Source: Minisyncoccota bacterium (lineage in GTDB: Bacteria > Patescibacteriota > Minisyncoccia > Phycocordibacterales > DATDWN01). Taken from it: a DNA stretch of 64,000 nt. The position numbers were made by a program, and so were the translations under genes. The stretch is taken from positions 33,922 to 97,921 of the forward strand of contig DATDWN010000010.1 in the NCBI GenBank assembly GCA_036517395.1, in the 5' to 3' direction. Under the pieces are notes generated by a model that was not told the origin of the DNA, searched no databases, and saw nothing but the letters and a program-made list of their open reading frames with translations. Positions 30,000-39,526 of the stretch are shown here, piece by piece. Position 1 is the first letter of the stretch, and every line of letters begins with the position of its first letter.

Positions 30000-30761
30000 A
30001 TGAAAAAAAATAGTGGTCTAAATTTAATCTATAAAAACCTTGGTGAGACGCCAAATGAGGCGATTTTGAGGTATAAAAGAGAAAATCCCGAATACGCCGA
30101 TCTCGCAATGACCTATGCCGGCAGACTGGATCCTATGGCTGAAGGAGTGCTTCTAGTTTTGTCGGGAGACGAAATAAAGGAGAAAGAAAAATATCTTGGT
30201 TTGCGAAAAACCTATGTTTTTGAAATATTGTGGGGATTTTTGACAGACTCTCTGGATTTACTTGGGCTAGTTTCTGGTCATCACTTGGACACTCCGTTTC
30301 CAAGTGATGAGGAAATGAAGACAAGGCTGAAAGAATACATTAGAAAGTTTGAGCAGAAATATCCAGCGTACTCCTCGAAAACTATTGTGGGTGTGCCATT
30401 ATTTAAACTAGCGAGACAAGGGAAGTTGGCGGATATTGAGATTCCAAAACACGAAGTGGAGATTTTTGAAGCCAAGTTTCTATCTCGCTGGTTTGTTTCA
30501 GGTGATGACTTATTAAAAAATATCGAGCATAAAATATCTCTAGTTTCCGGCGACTTTAGGCAATCTGAAATTTTGAAAAAATGGCAAGCAAACTTGTCAA
30601 CCTCACAGGTTGACAAGTTTGTAATAGACCGGATTGAAGTAACGGTTTCAAGCGGGTTTTATGTTAGGCAGTTTGTTTCGGATATAGCTGAATCTTTTGG
30701 AACAAAGGCCGTTACTTTTCATATAAAAAGAACTAGTATTGAAAATTTTTCAATCTTGTGA
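30000..30761 (+). CDS. truB: tRNA pseudouridine synthase B-like protein
   Basis: YAGRLDPMAEGVL, YPAYSS, VSSGFYVR. Confidence 0.85.
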   Translation: MKKNSGLNLIYKNLGETPNEAILRYKRENPEYADLAMTYAGRLDPMAEGVLLVLSGDEIKEKEKYLGLRKTYVFEILWGFLTDSLDLLGLVSGHHLDTPFPSDEEMKTRLKEYIRKFEQKYPAYSSKTIVGVPLFKLARQGKLADIEIPKHEVEIFEAKFLSRWFVSGDDLLKNIEHKISLVSGDFRQSEILKKWQANLSTSQVDKFVIDRIEVTVSSGFYVRQFVSDIAESFGTKAVTFHIKRTSIENFSIL

Positions 30762-30811
30762 TTATATAAAAAGCGGATTGTCGCAACCGCGTAGTTTACT
30801 CTGGAGGCCTA

Positions 30812-31144
30812 ATGAGCGTCGTGTTGAAGGATCTCGAAAGGGCTAGTGGCAGGTTCGGTTTGCTTTTTCGGCGGGGGATGGGGCGAATGTGCCTCAGTTT
30901 CCAAGAGGTGGCAAACCGGTCGCGACTCGACAAGAGGTTAGTTGTCGAGGTTGCGGAAGGGCGGGCACACACCATCCGTCACGCCGAGGTGAGACGGATC
31001 ATGGACGTGGCTCTGCCGAAAGACATCGGTAGGATGAGGTCGGAGGCGTTTCATCTCCTCCTCATCTTCACGCCACGTCCACGTCCACGGTTTGTGCGGC
31101 GCATTCACCCCTCCCGTCGGTTTGCGCCTCAGAGGCGCAACTAG
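30812..31144 (+). CDS. XRE-like HTH protein, GC-rich
   Basis: LSFQEVANRSRLDKRLVVEVAEG; GGAGG SD. Confidence 0.6.
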   Translation: MSVVLKDLERASGRFGLLFRRGMGRMCLSFQEVANRSRLDKRLVVEVAEGRAHTIRHAEVRRIMDVALPKDIGRMRSEAFHLLLIFTPRPRPRFVRRIHPSRRFAPQRRN

Positions 31145-31167
31145 TTCCCGCCCAAAGCTTCGAAAAG

Positions 31168-31200
31168 GCCCCTCACATGCGATTGCAGCATGTGAGGGGC
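31168..31200. terminator. hairpin between convergent genes
   Basis: gcccctcacatgc/gcatgtgaggggc. Confidence 0.7.
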
Positions 31201-31212
31201 TCTCCGCTTAAA

Positions 31213-33048
31213 TTATTTTCTGGTCACTTTCTTTCTTAGTCTGACAGATTTCGGAGTAATCTCTATAAACTCGTCATCGGACATCACTTCCATAGCTTTC
31301 TCAATATCCAGTTTATAGGTAGCGGCGAGGTAAACGCTGTCATCTGATCCGGCCGCTCTCATGTTTGTCAGTTGTTTGCCTTTTGTTGGATTTACAAACA
31401 AGTCGTCGCCCTTTGAAACATTGCCTATGACTTGACCAACGTAGACTTCCACTCCTGGGTCAACATACAAAGTCCCTCTCTGTTGCAAGTTATCCAATGC
31501 AAAAGCCAAGACCTTGCCTTTTTCCATTGAAACCATCGAGCCGTAACTCGTCTTTTTTATTTCACCGACAAATTCTCTAAATTCTATAAATCGCGAAGAG
31601 AGAATGCCGTTGCCTTTTGTATCTACTATAAACTGCCCACGATAACCCAGAAGTCCGCGCGTCGGAATCTCAATTACAATTCTTTGATGCCCGTGTGTCT
31701 GCTTTACACTAGTTAAAATTCCACGTCTTTCTGTCAGTCGAGAAATAACAGAACCAGCCAATTCATCGGAGACATCCACAGTTACTTCTTCAAAAGGTTC
31801 CATTTTCACACCATTAACGTTTTCTTTTATAATAACGTGGGGCTGGGAAACCTGGAGTTCAAATCCTTCACGACGCATGTTTTCCAGAAGTATGGCGATG
31901 TGAAGCTCACCACGCCCGTATACAGTATAGCCTTGGATGGCCGGATTTTCATCATTCCACTCAATTTTCAACCCGACGTTTATTTCCAGCTCTTTTTCCA
32001 AGCGTTCACGAATTTGTCGTCCTGTGACAAACTTTCCTTCACGTCCGGCGAAGGGTGAGTCGTTTACCAAAAAGTTCATGGAAATAGTTGGTTCGTCAAT
32101 GTTTATAGATGGCAGGGTTTCCGCATCTTCGCTCTGGCAAATAGTGTCGCCAATATAAATAGTAGGAAGCCCCGCGATCATAACAATATCTCCCGCGGCG
32201 GCCATATCAGTTTCCACTCTTTTTGTACCTTCAAAGCTGAAAAGTTTTGTAAGTTTTCCCCTAAACTCAGGCTTTGCCTGAGTCGGGCGATCATCCGCTT
32301 CTGCGGATGATTTAGCCGAGATACCTTTTTTAACATATACAACATCGCCACTTTTTACGATGCCCTCGTAAACTCTACAGACAGCAAGTCTGCCGAGGAA
32401 GTTATCATATGCGAGGTTGAAAGATTGAAGTCGGGCTGGGAGATTTTTGTCTCCACTTGCTGCGGGCACTTCACGCAGTATTGTTTCAAGAAGGGGAGTT
32501 AAATCTTTTGATTCATCCGACAGTTTCATTTTGGCAATTCCGTCACGCCCGATAGCGTAAACAGTTGTAAAGTCCAGCTGTTCGTCGTTTGCGCCGAGCT
32601 CTAGGAAAAGCTCCAAAACAAGTTCATGCACTTCCTCTGGCCTTGCCGCTGCTTTGTCTATTTTATTTATTATGACGATAGGTTTCAATCCCAGTTCGAG
32701 AGATTTTTTCAAAACAAATCTAGTTTGTGGCATCGGCCCTTCCTGCGCATCGACGAGCAGAAGCACGGTGTCTATCGAACGTAGCACTCGCTCAACCTCG
32801 GAACCAAAGTCTGAGTGTCCAGGGGTATCAACAATATTTATTTTAGTAACTTCGCGACCTGAGTCTCTACTAGGGTAATACACTGATGTGTTTTTGGCGT
32901 ATATGGTAATGCCACGCTCGAGTTCGAGGGCGTTTGAGTCCATGGTGACACCCTCGGCAGTCATGCCTGTTTGGCGCATGAGAGCGTCGGTGAGAGTAGT
33001 CTTACCGTGATCAACGTGGGCTATGATTGCAATGTTTCGTATCTCCAT
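31213..33048 (-). CDS. typA: translational GTPase TypA/BipA
   Basis: AHVDHGKTT, DTPGHSDFG, GRGELH, EITPKSVRLRK. Confidence 0.97.
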   Translation of the reverse strand: MEIRNIAIIAHVDHGKTTLTDALMRQTGMTAEGVTMDSNALELERGITIYAKNTSVYYPSRDSGREVTKINIVDTPGHSDFGSEVERVLRSIDTVLLLVDAQEGPMPQTRFVLKKSLELGLKPIVIINKIDKAAARPEEVHELVLELFLELGANDEQLDFTTVYAIGRDGIAKMKLSDESKDLTPLLETILREVPAASGDKNLPARLQSFNLAYDNFLGRLAVCRVYEGIVKSGDVVYVKKGISAKSSAEADDRPTQAKPEFRGKLTKLFSFEGTKRVETDMAAAGDIVMIAGLPTIYIGDTICQSEDAETLPSINIDEPTISMNFLVNDSPFAGREGKFVTGRQIRERLEKELEINVGLKIEWNDENPAIQGYTVYGRGELHIAILLENMRREGFELQVSQPHVIIKENVNGVKMEPFEEVTVDVSDELAGSVISRLTERRGILTSVKQTHGHQRIVIEIPTRGLLGYRGQFIVDTKGNGILSSRFIEFREFVGEIKKTSYGSMVSMEKGKVLAFALDNLQQRGTLYVDPGVEVYVGQVIGNVSKGDDLFVNPTKGKQLTNMRAAGSDDSVYLAATYKLDIEKAMEVMSDDEFIEITPKSVRLRKKVTRK

Positions 33049-33051
33049 TTG

Positions 33052-33177
33052 TTTGATTTGTATATTTGGCGCATTTCGTTGTTGGAAAGCAAAAAATTAT
33101 TCTCACCTGCGCACTCAGGCAGGCTCGAATCCTTTTTCACTTTCCGCCTAGAACTGCATCCAAATCTCCAAATCAAA
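33052..33177. repeat. long imperfect hairpin directly upstream of typA start
   Basis: tttgatttg/caaatcaaa, atttgg/ccaaat, ggaaag/ctttcc, apical cctgc/gcagg. Confidence 0.65.
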
Positions 33178-33295
33178 GGATGCAATTCATTGAAAAACCG
33201 GCTACAGCCGGCGGTCAAGATTTAATTAAAGCATAATTTGTTTAATGATGCAAATTAGGCCTAATTATGGCTAATTTTAGGCCTTATTTTGGTAC

Positions 33296-33324
33296 TTGAC
33301 ACGAGTATACTTGCGGTATACAAT
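33296..33324 (+). promoter_or_regulatory. sigma70 promoter
   Basis: TTGACA-17-TACAAT. Confidence 0.75.
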
Positions 33325-33422
33325 ATAGGTAGATTCTTCGGGCTCCTCTCCCTACCCCTCAATACGAACTTCTGGAAAGTTAACTGTTCGGCCACGGGCC
33401 GACGCACACTGAGGTAGCAGCC

Positions 33423-33974
33423 ATGCCAACGTATTCGCAGATTCTGCCCTGGGCTCTGGCCTGGGCTCTGGCCTTCTTCGGTTTTCTCATTCTCTTTGGC
33501 ATCATCTTCCAGAAGAAGCACAAAAGTGACATCGACGCGCTGAAAGTCGACATCACGTTGTGGAAGACGAATTCGAAGGAGCTGTCCACGACGCTCGAGA
33601 ATATGAGGAGGGAGGTGAGTGACCTCACCCATGAACGTGACGACCTGAAGCAGTTCGTCAGCGCGTTCGTCTCGGACGAGCATGCCCTCGAGGTCATGGG
33701 TCTCGCCACGGCGCGTATGCACGAGGTCTGCCAGAAGGCCGTCGGCGATCACGGAAAATTTCCCACATACGACCTCGACCCCGACGAGTTTCAACGGCAG
33801 CTCCTCATGGTTGTATCCATCATGGCGTCGGAGGCGGAGGTCGTCGAACGTGCCGCCGATGACTGGCGATCTCTCATGTATCTCGCGATGCATGCGGGTT
33901 ATCCCACGAGGATCGACCCCACGACCCGGAGGGTGGTCATTGACCGCGAGAAGGAGGCGTCGAGCGCGGCGTAG
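33423..33974 (+). CDS. membrane-anchored coiled-coil protein, GC-rich
   Basis: N-terminal TM, heptad region; GAGGT SD; hairpin at 33999-34028. Confidence 0.7.
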   Translation: MPTYSQILPWALAWALAFFGFLILFGIIFQKKHKSDIDALKVDITLWKTNSKELSTTLENMRREVSDLTHERDDLKQFVSAFVSDEHALEVMGLATARMHEVCQKAVGDHGKFPTYDLDPDEFQRQLLMVVSIMASEAEVVERAADDWRSLMYLAMHAGYPTRIDPTTRRVVIDREKEASSAA

Positions 33975-34058
33975 TCGTCGTCGACAGCGTAGTTCTTTAA
34001 GGGCCGAACCGTATGTGTTCGGCCCTTTCGCTTATCTAAATATAATTTTAACCACTAA

Positions 34059-34221
34059 GCCCAATCTCGTCGAGGCAAAACCTTTTTGGAACATCGCGCA
34101 GGAGCTTAGAAAATTACAATTGTAACCAATTGATAATTTACTTGAGTTCCGAGCGTGAAGAAAAATTTCAACAGAAATTTATTCTGTTTCCAAAAAGGTT
34201 TTGGTGAGAAAGAGATTGGGC
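34059..34221. repeat. 165-bp branched hairpin element, copy 2
   Basis: closing stem gcccaatctc/gagattgggc; caaaacctttttggaa/ttccaaaaaggttttg. Confidence 0.9.
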
Positions 34222-34244
34222 GAATTGTGTGCTAAAATGTCTCA

Positions 34245-34841
34245 ATGTTCCTATCTCCGACACACGCTCTGGCCATTCTCGAGCACTATCACTACTGGCT
34301 TATTTTTCCTATTGCTGTGATTGAAGGTCCGATTATCATAATCATTTCTGGCTTTCTGGTTTCTCTCGGTTTTCTGAACACATATATCGCTTTTGCCGTT
34401 CTCGTTCTTGCTGACACCATAGGCGACTCTTTGTATTATCTTCTCGGCAGGTATTGGAGAAGGGCGGAGTGGGTTAAAAAAATCGCTCTTTTCTTGGGAT
34501 TTAATGAAGACAAGGAAAAATCTCTGGAAAACCATTTCAAAAAGCATAAAATCAAAACTTTTCTTTTGGCCAAAATATCTCACGGTATTGGTGGGTCGGT
34601 TCAGGTGGCGGGCGGTTACGCCGGAGTGGATTATCTGGAATTTCTAGCCCTTACTCTTCTAGGCACCATACCCAAAACTTTTGTCCTCATGATAGTCGGC
34701 TTTTATTTGGGCAACTCATACATGACCATTGATAGCTTTTTGGATTACATCGGCTTTATAGTTTTCAGTATCTTTGTATTTCTCATCCTATATCTGGTTT
34801 TGGGCAAATATGTCAAAAGTTATTTTGCCAAAGGAGAATAG
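34245..34841 (+). CDS. DedA/VTT-domain membrane protein
   Basis: EGPII...GFL, GDSLYYLLGR. Confidence 0.88.
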   Translation: MFLSPTHALAILEHYHYWLIFPIAVIEGPIIIIISGFLVSLGFLNTYIAFAVLVLADTIGDSLYYLLGRYWRRAEWVKKIALFLGFNEDKEKSLENHFKKHKIKTFLLAKISHGIGGSVQVAGGYAGVDYLEFLALTLLGTIPKTFVLMIVGFYLGNSYMTIDSFLDYIGFIVFSIFVFLILYLVLGKYVKSYFAKGE

Positions 34842-35114
34842 TTGACTTATAATATAGAGATGACAGAGACACTACCTCCACTTACACTACCCACCATTCC
34901 ATATATAAATCTACCTTTTCTTTTTAGTCTGCAAATACTCATGGTTATTTTTGTTCTGTTTCTAATAACATATCTTATTGTGTCCGCGGTTTTGTTTTAC
35001 CACTGGACATCATATGGTATGCGCAGTTTTGGTATATTAGTGGCGGAAACGCTGTTTACCATAGTTTCGGTTACGCTTTTTACCGTGGCTGGTTTAGCCC
35101 TGCATTATTTTTAG
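34842..35114 (+). CDS. small membrane protein
   Basis: two TM segments, LFYHW..YG; start may be ATG 34860. Confidence 0.7.
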   Translation: MTYNIEMTETLPPLTLPTIPYINLPFLFSLQILMVIFVLFLITYLIVSAVLFYHWTSYGMRSFGILVAETLFTIVSVTLFTVAGLALHYF

Positions 35115-35151
35115 AAATTAGAATAATTAGGTTAATTAGAAATTTAATAAT

Positions 35152-35694
35152 ATGTCCTACGAAGTATTACATCTAGAACCAGAAGAACACGTTATCCTCC
35201 AAGTCAGAAAACATTGGATCGTCTTTGCTCTATACGCCGCGACTCTTCTCCTGGCCGCTTTCCTGCCTTTCATACTGATTTCACTGGCTCGGGTGTTTGT
35301 TCCCGCTTTGCTTGATTTTCATATCACTGGCAATCAACCCGCTTTGTTTTTATTTTTCTATACACTCTGGCTTCTCACCCTCTGGATTTTCTTTTTTATT
35401 GATTGGACCAAATACTATCTCGACGTCTGGTATGTGACGGAGGAGCGCATCATCGCTATTGACCAGAGACGTATATTTGACAGGGAAGTGTCAAACCTGC
35501 GTTTTGACAGAATACAAGACGTCACTCTGGACGTTCACGGCTTTATCCCGACATTACTTGGTTTTGGTAATATAAAAGTTCAGACAGCCAGTGAAGATAG
35601 CCGAGAGTTTTTTATGACTACGGTTAGAAATCCGGAAGAGATAAGACGAGTCATATTTCAGCAACAAAATAAGATGGTGCTTGGAAGCAAGTAA
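35152..35694 (+). CDS. bacterial PH-domain membrane protein
   Basis: VRKHW, YVTEERII, RIQDV, FGNIKVQTAS. Confidence 0.88.
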   Translation: MSYEVLHLEPEEHVILQVRKHWIVFALYAATLLLAAFLPFILISLARVFVPALLDFHITGNQPALFLFFYTLWLLTLWIFFFIDWTKYYLDVWYVTEERIIAIDQRRIFDREVSNLRFDRIQDVTLDVHGFIPTLLGFGNIKVQTASEDSREFFMTTVRNPEEIRRVIFQQQNKMVLGSK

Positions 35695-35783
35695 AAAGTC
35701 CATAAAGGCAAAAGTCCATAAAGCAAAGTTTGGAATAAATTCTATTCACTTTTGACTTTATAGACTTTGAGGACTTTATGGAC
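35694..35783. repeat. iterated inverted repeat (AAAGTCCATAAAG/CTTTATGGAC type)
   Basis: aaagtccataaag twice, then gactttatagactttgaggactttatggac. Confidence 0.7.
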
Positions 35784-35859
35784 CAATCCAAGTAATCCAC
35801 AGATGTGGGTTTATTCTTCTGCCAGTTATTGTTATAATTAATCCGTTATTATTAATTTA

Positions 35860-35993
35860 TCCGCACACTAACCTTGGTATTGTCTCCCTGTTGTGACATA
35901 AAAAGTTAAACAAAAGTTAGAGATATATTTAAATTTGGGATGTATCTCCAGAATCTGAGACTGGAGGCAACGATACCAAAGTTAGTGTGCGGA
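35860..35993 (+). repeat. TCCGCACAC-bounded structured element, copy 4
   Basis: tccgcacactaaccttggtat/ataccaaagttagtgtgcgga; gtctc/gagac, gttgt/gcaac, gagatatat/atgtatctc. Confidence 0.92.
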
Positions 35994-36005
35994 CATGTTT
36001 TTTAT

Positions 36006-36209
36006 ATGAAATCATTACATATGGTTACATTTATCCTTCTAATAGTTGGAGGACTAGCATGGGGACTGCACGCTTTTGGTTATGACCCAATAGACAGTCT
36101 TGGTTCATCGGTTTCTATGATTGTCTATGTTCTAGTTGGTCTGTCAGCAATATATGAGGCTATTAGTCACAAGGGCCTGTGTCGCAATTGTTCCAGTAGT
36201 AGTATGTAG
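36006..36209 (+). CDS. DUF378-family membrane protein
   Basis: LLIVGGLAWGL...IVYVLVGLSA. Confidence 0.85.
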   Translation: MKSLHMVTFILLIVGGLAWGLHAFGYDPIDSLGSSVSMIVYVLVGLSAIYEAISHKGLCRNCSSSSM

Positions 36210-36258
36210 TTTTAGCTCAGCCTTTCAAAACAAAAGCTCCCTAAGGGGAGTTTTTGTT

Positions 36259-36582
36259 TTACTCAAAGACGAAATTGTTAATGTTTATAGCGTCATGATG
36301 AGCTGTATAAACCACCTTGCCCTTATTCAGTATTAAAACTTGCGGAGATTCATGTTTTATATCAAAAAAATCTTCAATTTTTTTGGATAACACAGGCATC
36401 TCTTGGACCGTGACTAGATAAATTGGGACAATTAGTCTTTTTTCTTCTAACCTTCGTTTAATTTCATCATACACTCGACCACTCCCGTTGCAATCCGCGG
36501 AATGTATGAAAATAATTACCGACTCGGTATGGGAATCTTCCACTATTTGCGACAAATGAGTAGTTAATCGGAAATGACTCAT
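36259..36582 (-). CDS. YtxJ/BrxC (DUF2847) monothiol thioredoxin-like protein
   Basis: FIHSADCNGS, IKHESPQVL. Confidence 0.85.
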   Translation of the reverse strand: MSHFRLTTHLSQIVEDSHTESVIIFIHSADCNGSGRVYDEIKRRLEEKRLIVPIYLVTVQEMPVLSKKIEDFFDIKHESPQVLILNKGKVVYTAHHDAININNFVFE

Positions 36583-36587
36583 ATTTT

Positions 36588-37244
36588 TTAGTTCTTTCCT
36601 TGAGATTTTTCTTTGGATTTATTTCTTTGTTCTTTTTCTTCTTGTTTCTCTCCTAGTTTCAGTATTATTTCTTGGTGTTTGTCTAAAAATTGTTTAAGAC
36701 CAGCATTTAATTCTATTGCACTTTTCTCATCACCACTATCTTTTATTTTGGCAACATCTTGTGACACTTCTTTGGTTCGTGTAGAAAAATTCTTCTCAAT
36801 TTCCGGTGCATTATTTTCATCAAGTTTGTTCTGGTCTGACAGCTCCTCCGCTTCCTTTAGCCTTTCGATGGTGTGTTTTATTTTAACTTCGGTTTGTGCT
36901 TTTGCTCCGACTGCGACCAAAGATTCCACTTTTTCATTTAGGTGTATTTTTACTGGATAAAGAATGTCTCCTGGGAGCGATGAGTTCGCAGCAAAAACTG
37001 TTCCCCCTGTAATAAAGATGAAAAGTACAGCAATCCCCGCTGAAACGAACATTTTTTGTCTCATAAAAAACATATTGAAATATGGAGATTTGCTCAGGTA
37101 TGGGCTTTTTATCGGCCGGTTTTTTGTTTCAACATATTCGATTGGGTTGGTTTTTATAAAATTTTCAAGCACAAGAAGACCCTCAGTTTTTTCTTCCTCT
37201 GTAAGCGTCTCTTTTTTTATTTTTTTGAATATTTCTTGGTCCAT
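36588..37244 (-). CDS. DUF5667-like putative anti-sigma factor
   Basis: single TM then SLPGDILYPVKIHLNE; follows ECF sigma gene. Confidence 0.8.
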   Translation of the reverse strand: MDQEIFKKIKKETLTEEEKTEGLLVLENFIKTNPIEYVETKNRPIKSPYLSKSPYFNMFFMRQKMFVSAGIAVLFIFITGGTVFAANSSLPGDILYPVKIHLNEKVESLVAVGAKAQTEVKIKHTIERLKEAEELSDQNKLDENNAPEIEKNFSTRTKEVSQDVAKIKDSGDEKSAIELNAGLKQFLDKHQEIILKLGEKQEEKEQRNKSKEKSQGKN

Positions 37245-37255
37245 TTTATTTTTGT

Positions 37256-37768
37256 TTATATTTTCTTACTTTTTATTATTTCCTTCAATCTTTTTATTCC
37301 TCTGTTTATGCGAACCGATATTACATTTACCGATTTGCCGGTTATGGCGGCGATTTCCGAAACACCCAACTCTTCAACATATCTCATGAACAATATTTCG
37401 GAATAAGTCTCTGGAAGGTTTTTTATCAAAACCAACGCTCCCTCTCCGTCCATCTTATCTATCCAAGATTCTCCCGGATTCTCTCCGAAGTCTTGACCAT
37501 CCTCCATTAGCTCATCCAGAGACCTTACACTCGCCCTGCCTTTTTTTCTGTATTCATCTATTACCAAATTGTTCGCTATTTTGTAGAGAAAAGCCTTATC
37601 ATTTTCTACTGCACCATTTTTTGAAATATATACCCATGTTTTCATAAAAACCTCTTGTGTAAAGTCCTTGGCCTTCTCCCTGTCGTTTAGCTTGAAAAAG
37701 ATAAATCGAAAGATTTGGTCAGAGTGGGTGTTGTATGAATCTAGAAATGTCTTTTCGAGGTCCTTCAT
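37256..37768 (-). CDS. ECF sigma factor
   Basis: DFTQEVFMKTW, AFLYKIANNLVIDEYRK, region 4 HTH. Confidence 0.93.
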   Translation of the reverse strand: MKDLEKTFLDSYNTHSDQIFRFIFFKLNDREKAKDFTQEVFMKTWVYISKNGAVENDKAFLYKIANNLVIDEYRKKGRASVRSLDELMEDGQDFGENPGESWIDKMDGEGALVLIKNLPETYSEILFMRYVEELGVSEIAAITGKSVNVISVRINRGIKRLKEIIKSKKI

Positions 37769-37775
37769 ATAAGTA

Positions 37776-37800
37776 GACGTCTTAAATTATTGTTTCTTAC
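37776..37800 (-). promoter_or_regulatory. putative ECF-dependent promoter (autoregulatory)
   Basis: GTAAGAAA-13-CGTC, 7 nt before the ECF start codon. Confidence 0.7.
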
Positions 37801-37835
37801 TTTATCACAAACGTGCCCAAAAAGCCCCCGCTCCT

Positions 37836-37860
37836 GTAAGAAAGCCATATGATAGGCGTC
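37836..37860 (+). promoter_or_regulatory. putative ECF-dependent promoter
   Basis: GTAAGAAA-13-CGTC, same spacing as the divergent copy. Confidence 0.7.
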
Positions 37861-37934
37861 ATAACAGGCGTAAGGGTATTTAAATAGTATCCTTACCTTC
37901 CGTTGATTATTAACCTACATTATTAAAAAAACAT

Positions 37935-38654
37935 ATGAAAAAATATATATCTTATGCACTTACTGTTTCTTGTTTAGGTCTTACTGCTCTGCCTTTGATG
38001 GCCAGCGCTTCGTTGCTTAAATTAGGTGATGAAGAAAAAGCGGAATTAAAGTCTGCTATTAACTCAACTGTTTCGGGTGGTGTAGGCGTTAGTGGAAATG
38101 CTGATGTCAATGCTAATAATAATGGTTTCATTAATAGCGGTAATGCCAACGTTAACAGCAGAACTAACTTCGGGGCAGAAGTTAGGGCTGAGGCTAGATT
38201 AAAAGCAAAGTCAGATGATAGAGGTAATGCAAGCTCAACCTCTGACAAAAATGAGTTAAAGTCTAAGGAAAAAGGTGAGGTCAAGGCCGGTAAAAACGGC
38301 ATGAACTCCTTCGTACAGTGGCTCAAGCAGTTTCGCACCAAAGCAGTTGCTCAAGTTGATGCAATAGCTCCGAAAATATTATTTGAGTCTTCATTCAGAA
38401 TAAATTCCACTTCTTCTCACGTAGTCTGGGTTACAAATGAAAATTCAGATAGTAAAGTATGGTTGAGCACAAGTGCGGGGGTAAGTACAAGCACTACACC
38501 TAGAGCAGTTTCCTCATCAATGTCGCTCTTCCACAACCTAACTGTTTCTGGCTTGGCAACAAGCACAACATATTTTTATGTTGTAGGCAGTACTGACGCC
38601 TCTGGCAACACAATTTACTCAGCTGAGAATTCATTCAAGACCACTCTCCAGTAA
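37935..38654 (+). CDS. secreted protein with C-terminal FN3-like domain
   Basis: signal peptide; WVTNENSDSKV...H.LTVSGL...TYFYVVGSTDASGN. Confidence 0.82.
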   Translation: MKKYISYALTVSCLGLTALPLMASASLLKLGDEEKAELKSAINSTVSGGVGVSGNADVNANNNGFINSGNANVNSRTNFGAEVRAEARLKAKSDDRGNASSTSDKNELKSKEKGEVKAGKNGMNSFVQWLKQFRTKAVAQVDAIAPKILFESSFRINSTSSHVVWVTNENSDSKVWLSTSAGVSTSTTPRAVSSSMSLFHNLTVSGLATSTTYFYVVGSTDASGNTIYSAENSFKTTLQ

Positions 38655-38736
38655 CAGATGATAGGAAGTTTTGTGTTTTTTCGTATACAAAATCCGCCTC
38701 CCTCGGATTTTGTACACTAGGGGGGCGGGTGGTTAG

Positions 38737-39453
38737 TCAGCCCCCAATAGTTTTCAAGAGGGCGTTGATTTTTCTCATCTGATCATTGGCACCAATGCTC
38801 TGTGCCATCAGAAGCGCCCGCAGAAGATAGGTGCGGGCCCTGTCATGGTCCTTCATCTCGGGTTTGAGAAACAACTCGCCGGCCTTGCGCAGGACCCGAG
38901 AGAACTGAGCCTTGGCCTGTAGTCGGTTTGGCTCCTGCCGGATTTCCTTGTCCATGGCTACCGCCGTCTCAACCAGGCTCATGATCTCGTTGCGGTTGAA
39001 GTCGGTAGCGTAGATGGTTTCAGCCAGGGTCATCCTGACCAAGGCTCTCTGATGGGCCTTCGCGCCATCTGTGGCTGCTAGAGCCACAGCCCTTCGGGCC
39101 AAGAAAAGCGGCCCCAGATCCTCTGACTGCTTCAGACGGGATGGCTGTCCCACAGTGATTCCTGGGATTCTTGCCCGCGCCTTGAGCAAGAACTGCACCA
39201 GAACATCGAGCTGGGTGTGGCTGCACTTCTTGTATTGTAACCAGAGAAATGTAGCGTGGATGGTGCCGAAGATGCAGAGTTGCACAGGGTGTTGTCGTGC
39301 CACGCTGATGTAGGCCGATAGCATGATGCTGTGGCCTTGGATGTACCGTCCCCAGTTCCTGCATTTTCGGGCGTCAGTTCGAGCCATGGCCAGGGCGTCT
39401 GGGTGGCCCTTCCACATGGCTTCCGCCGTGTTTGCCGGTTTTCTGGTTTCCAA
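38737..39453 (-). CDS. helical (TPR-like) hypothetical protein, GC-rich
   Basis: AGGAGG SD before TTG; DRARTYLLRALLMA. Confidence 0.65.
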   Translation of the reverse strand: METRKPANTAEAMWKGHPDALAMARTDARKCRNWGRYIQGHSIMLSAYISVARQHPVQLCIFGTIHATFLWLQYKKCSHTQLDVLVQFLLKARARIPGITVGQPSRLKQSEDLGPLFLARRAVALAATDGAKAHQRALVRMTLAETIYATDFNRNEIMSLVETAVAMDKEIRQEPNRLQAKAQFSRVLRKAGELFLKPEMKDHDRARTYLLRALLMAQSIGANDQMRKINALLKTIGG

Positions 39454-39526
39454 GTATCCTCCTCTCCAGACGCGGTGTGCGTCTGATAATTTCCGAGTTC
39501 AGATTATCACGAGAGTTTAGTTTTGT

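Noticed and set aside
33448-33473. Tandem 12-bp repeat encoding WALAWALA
   Set aside because: Only two in-frame units in a TM helix, with no evidence for phase variation
35940-36005. N-terminal extension of the DUF378 ORF
   Set aside because: It is translated from element copy 4; the real start is most likely ATG 36006
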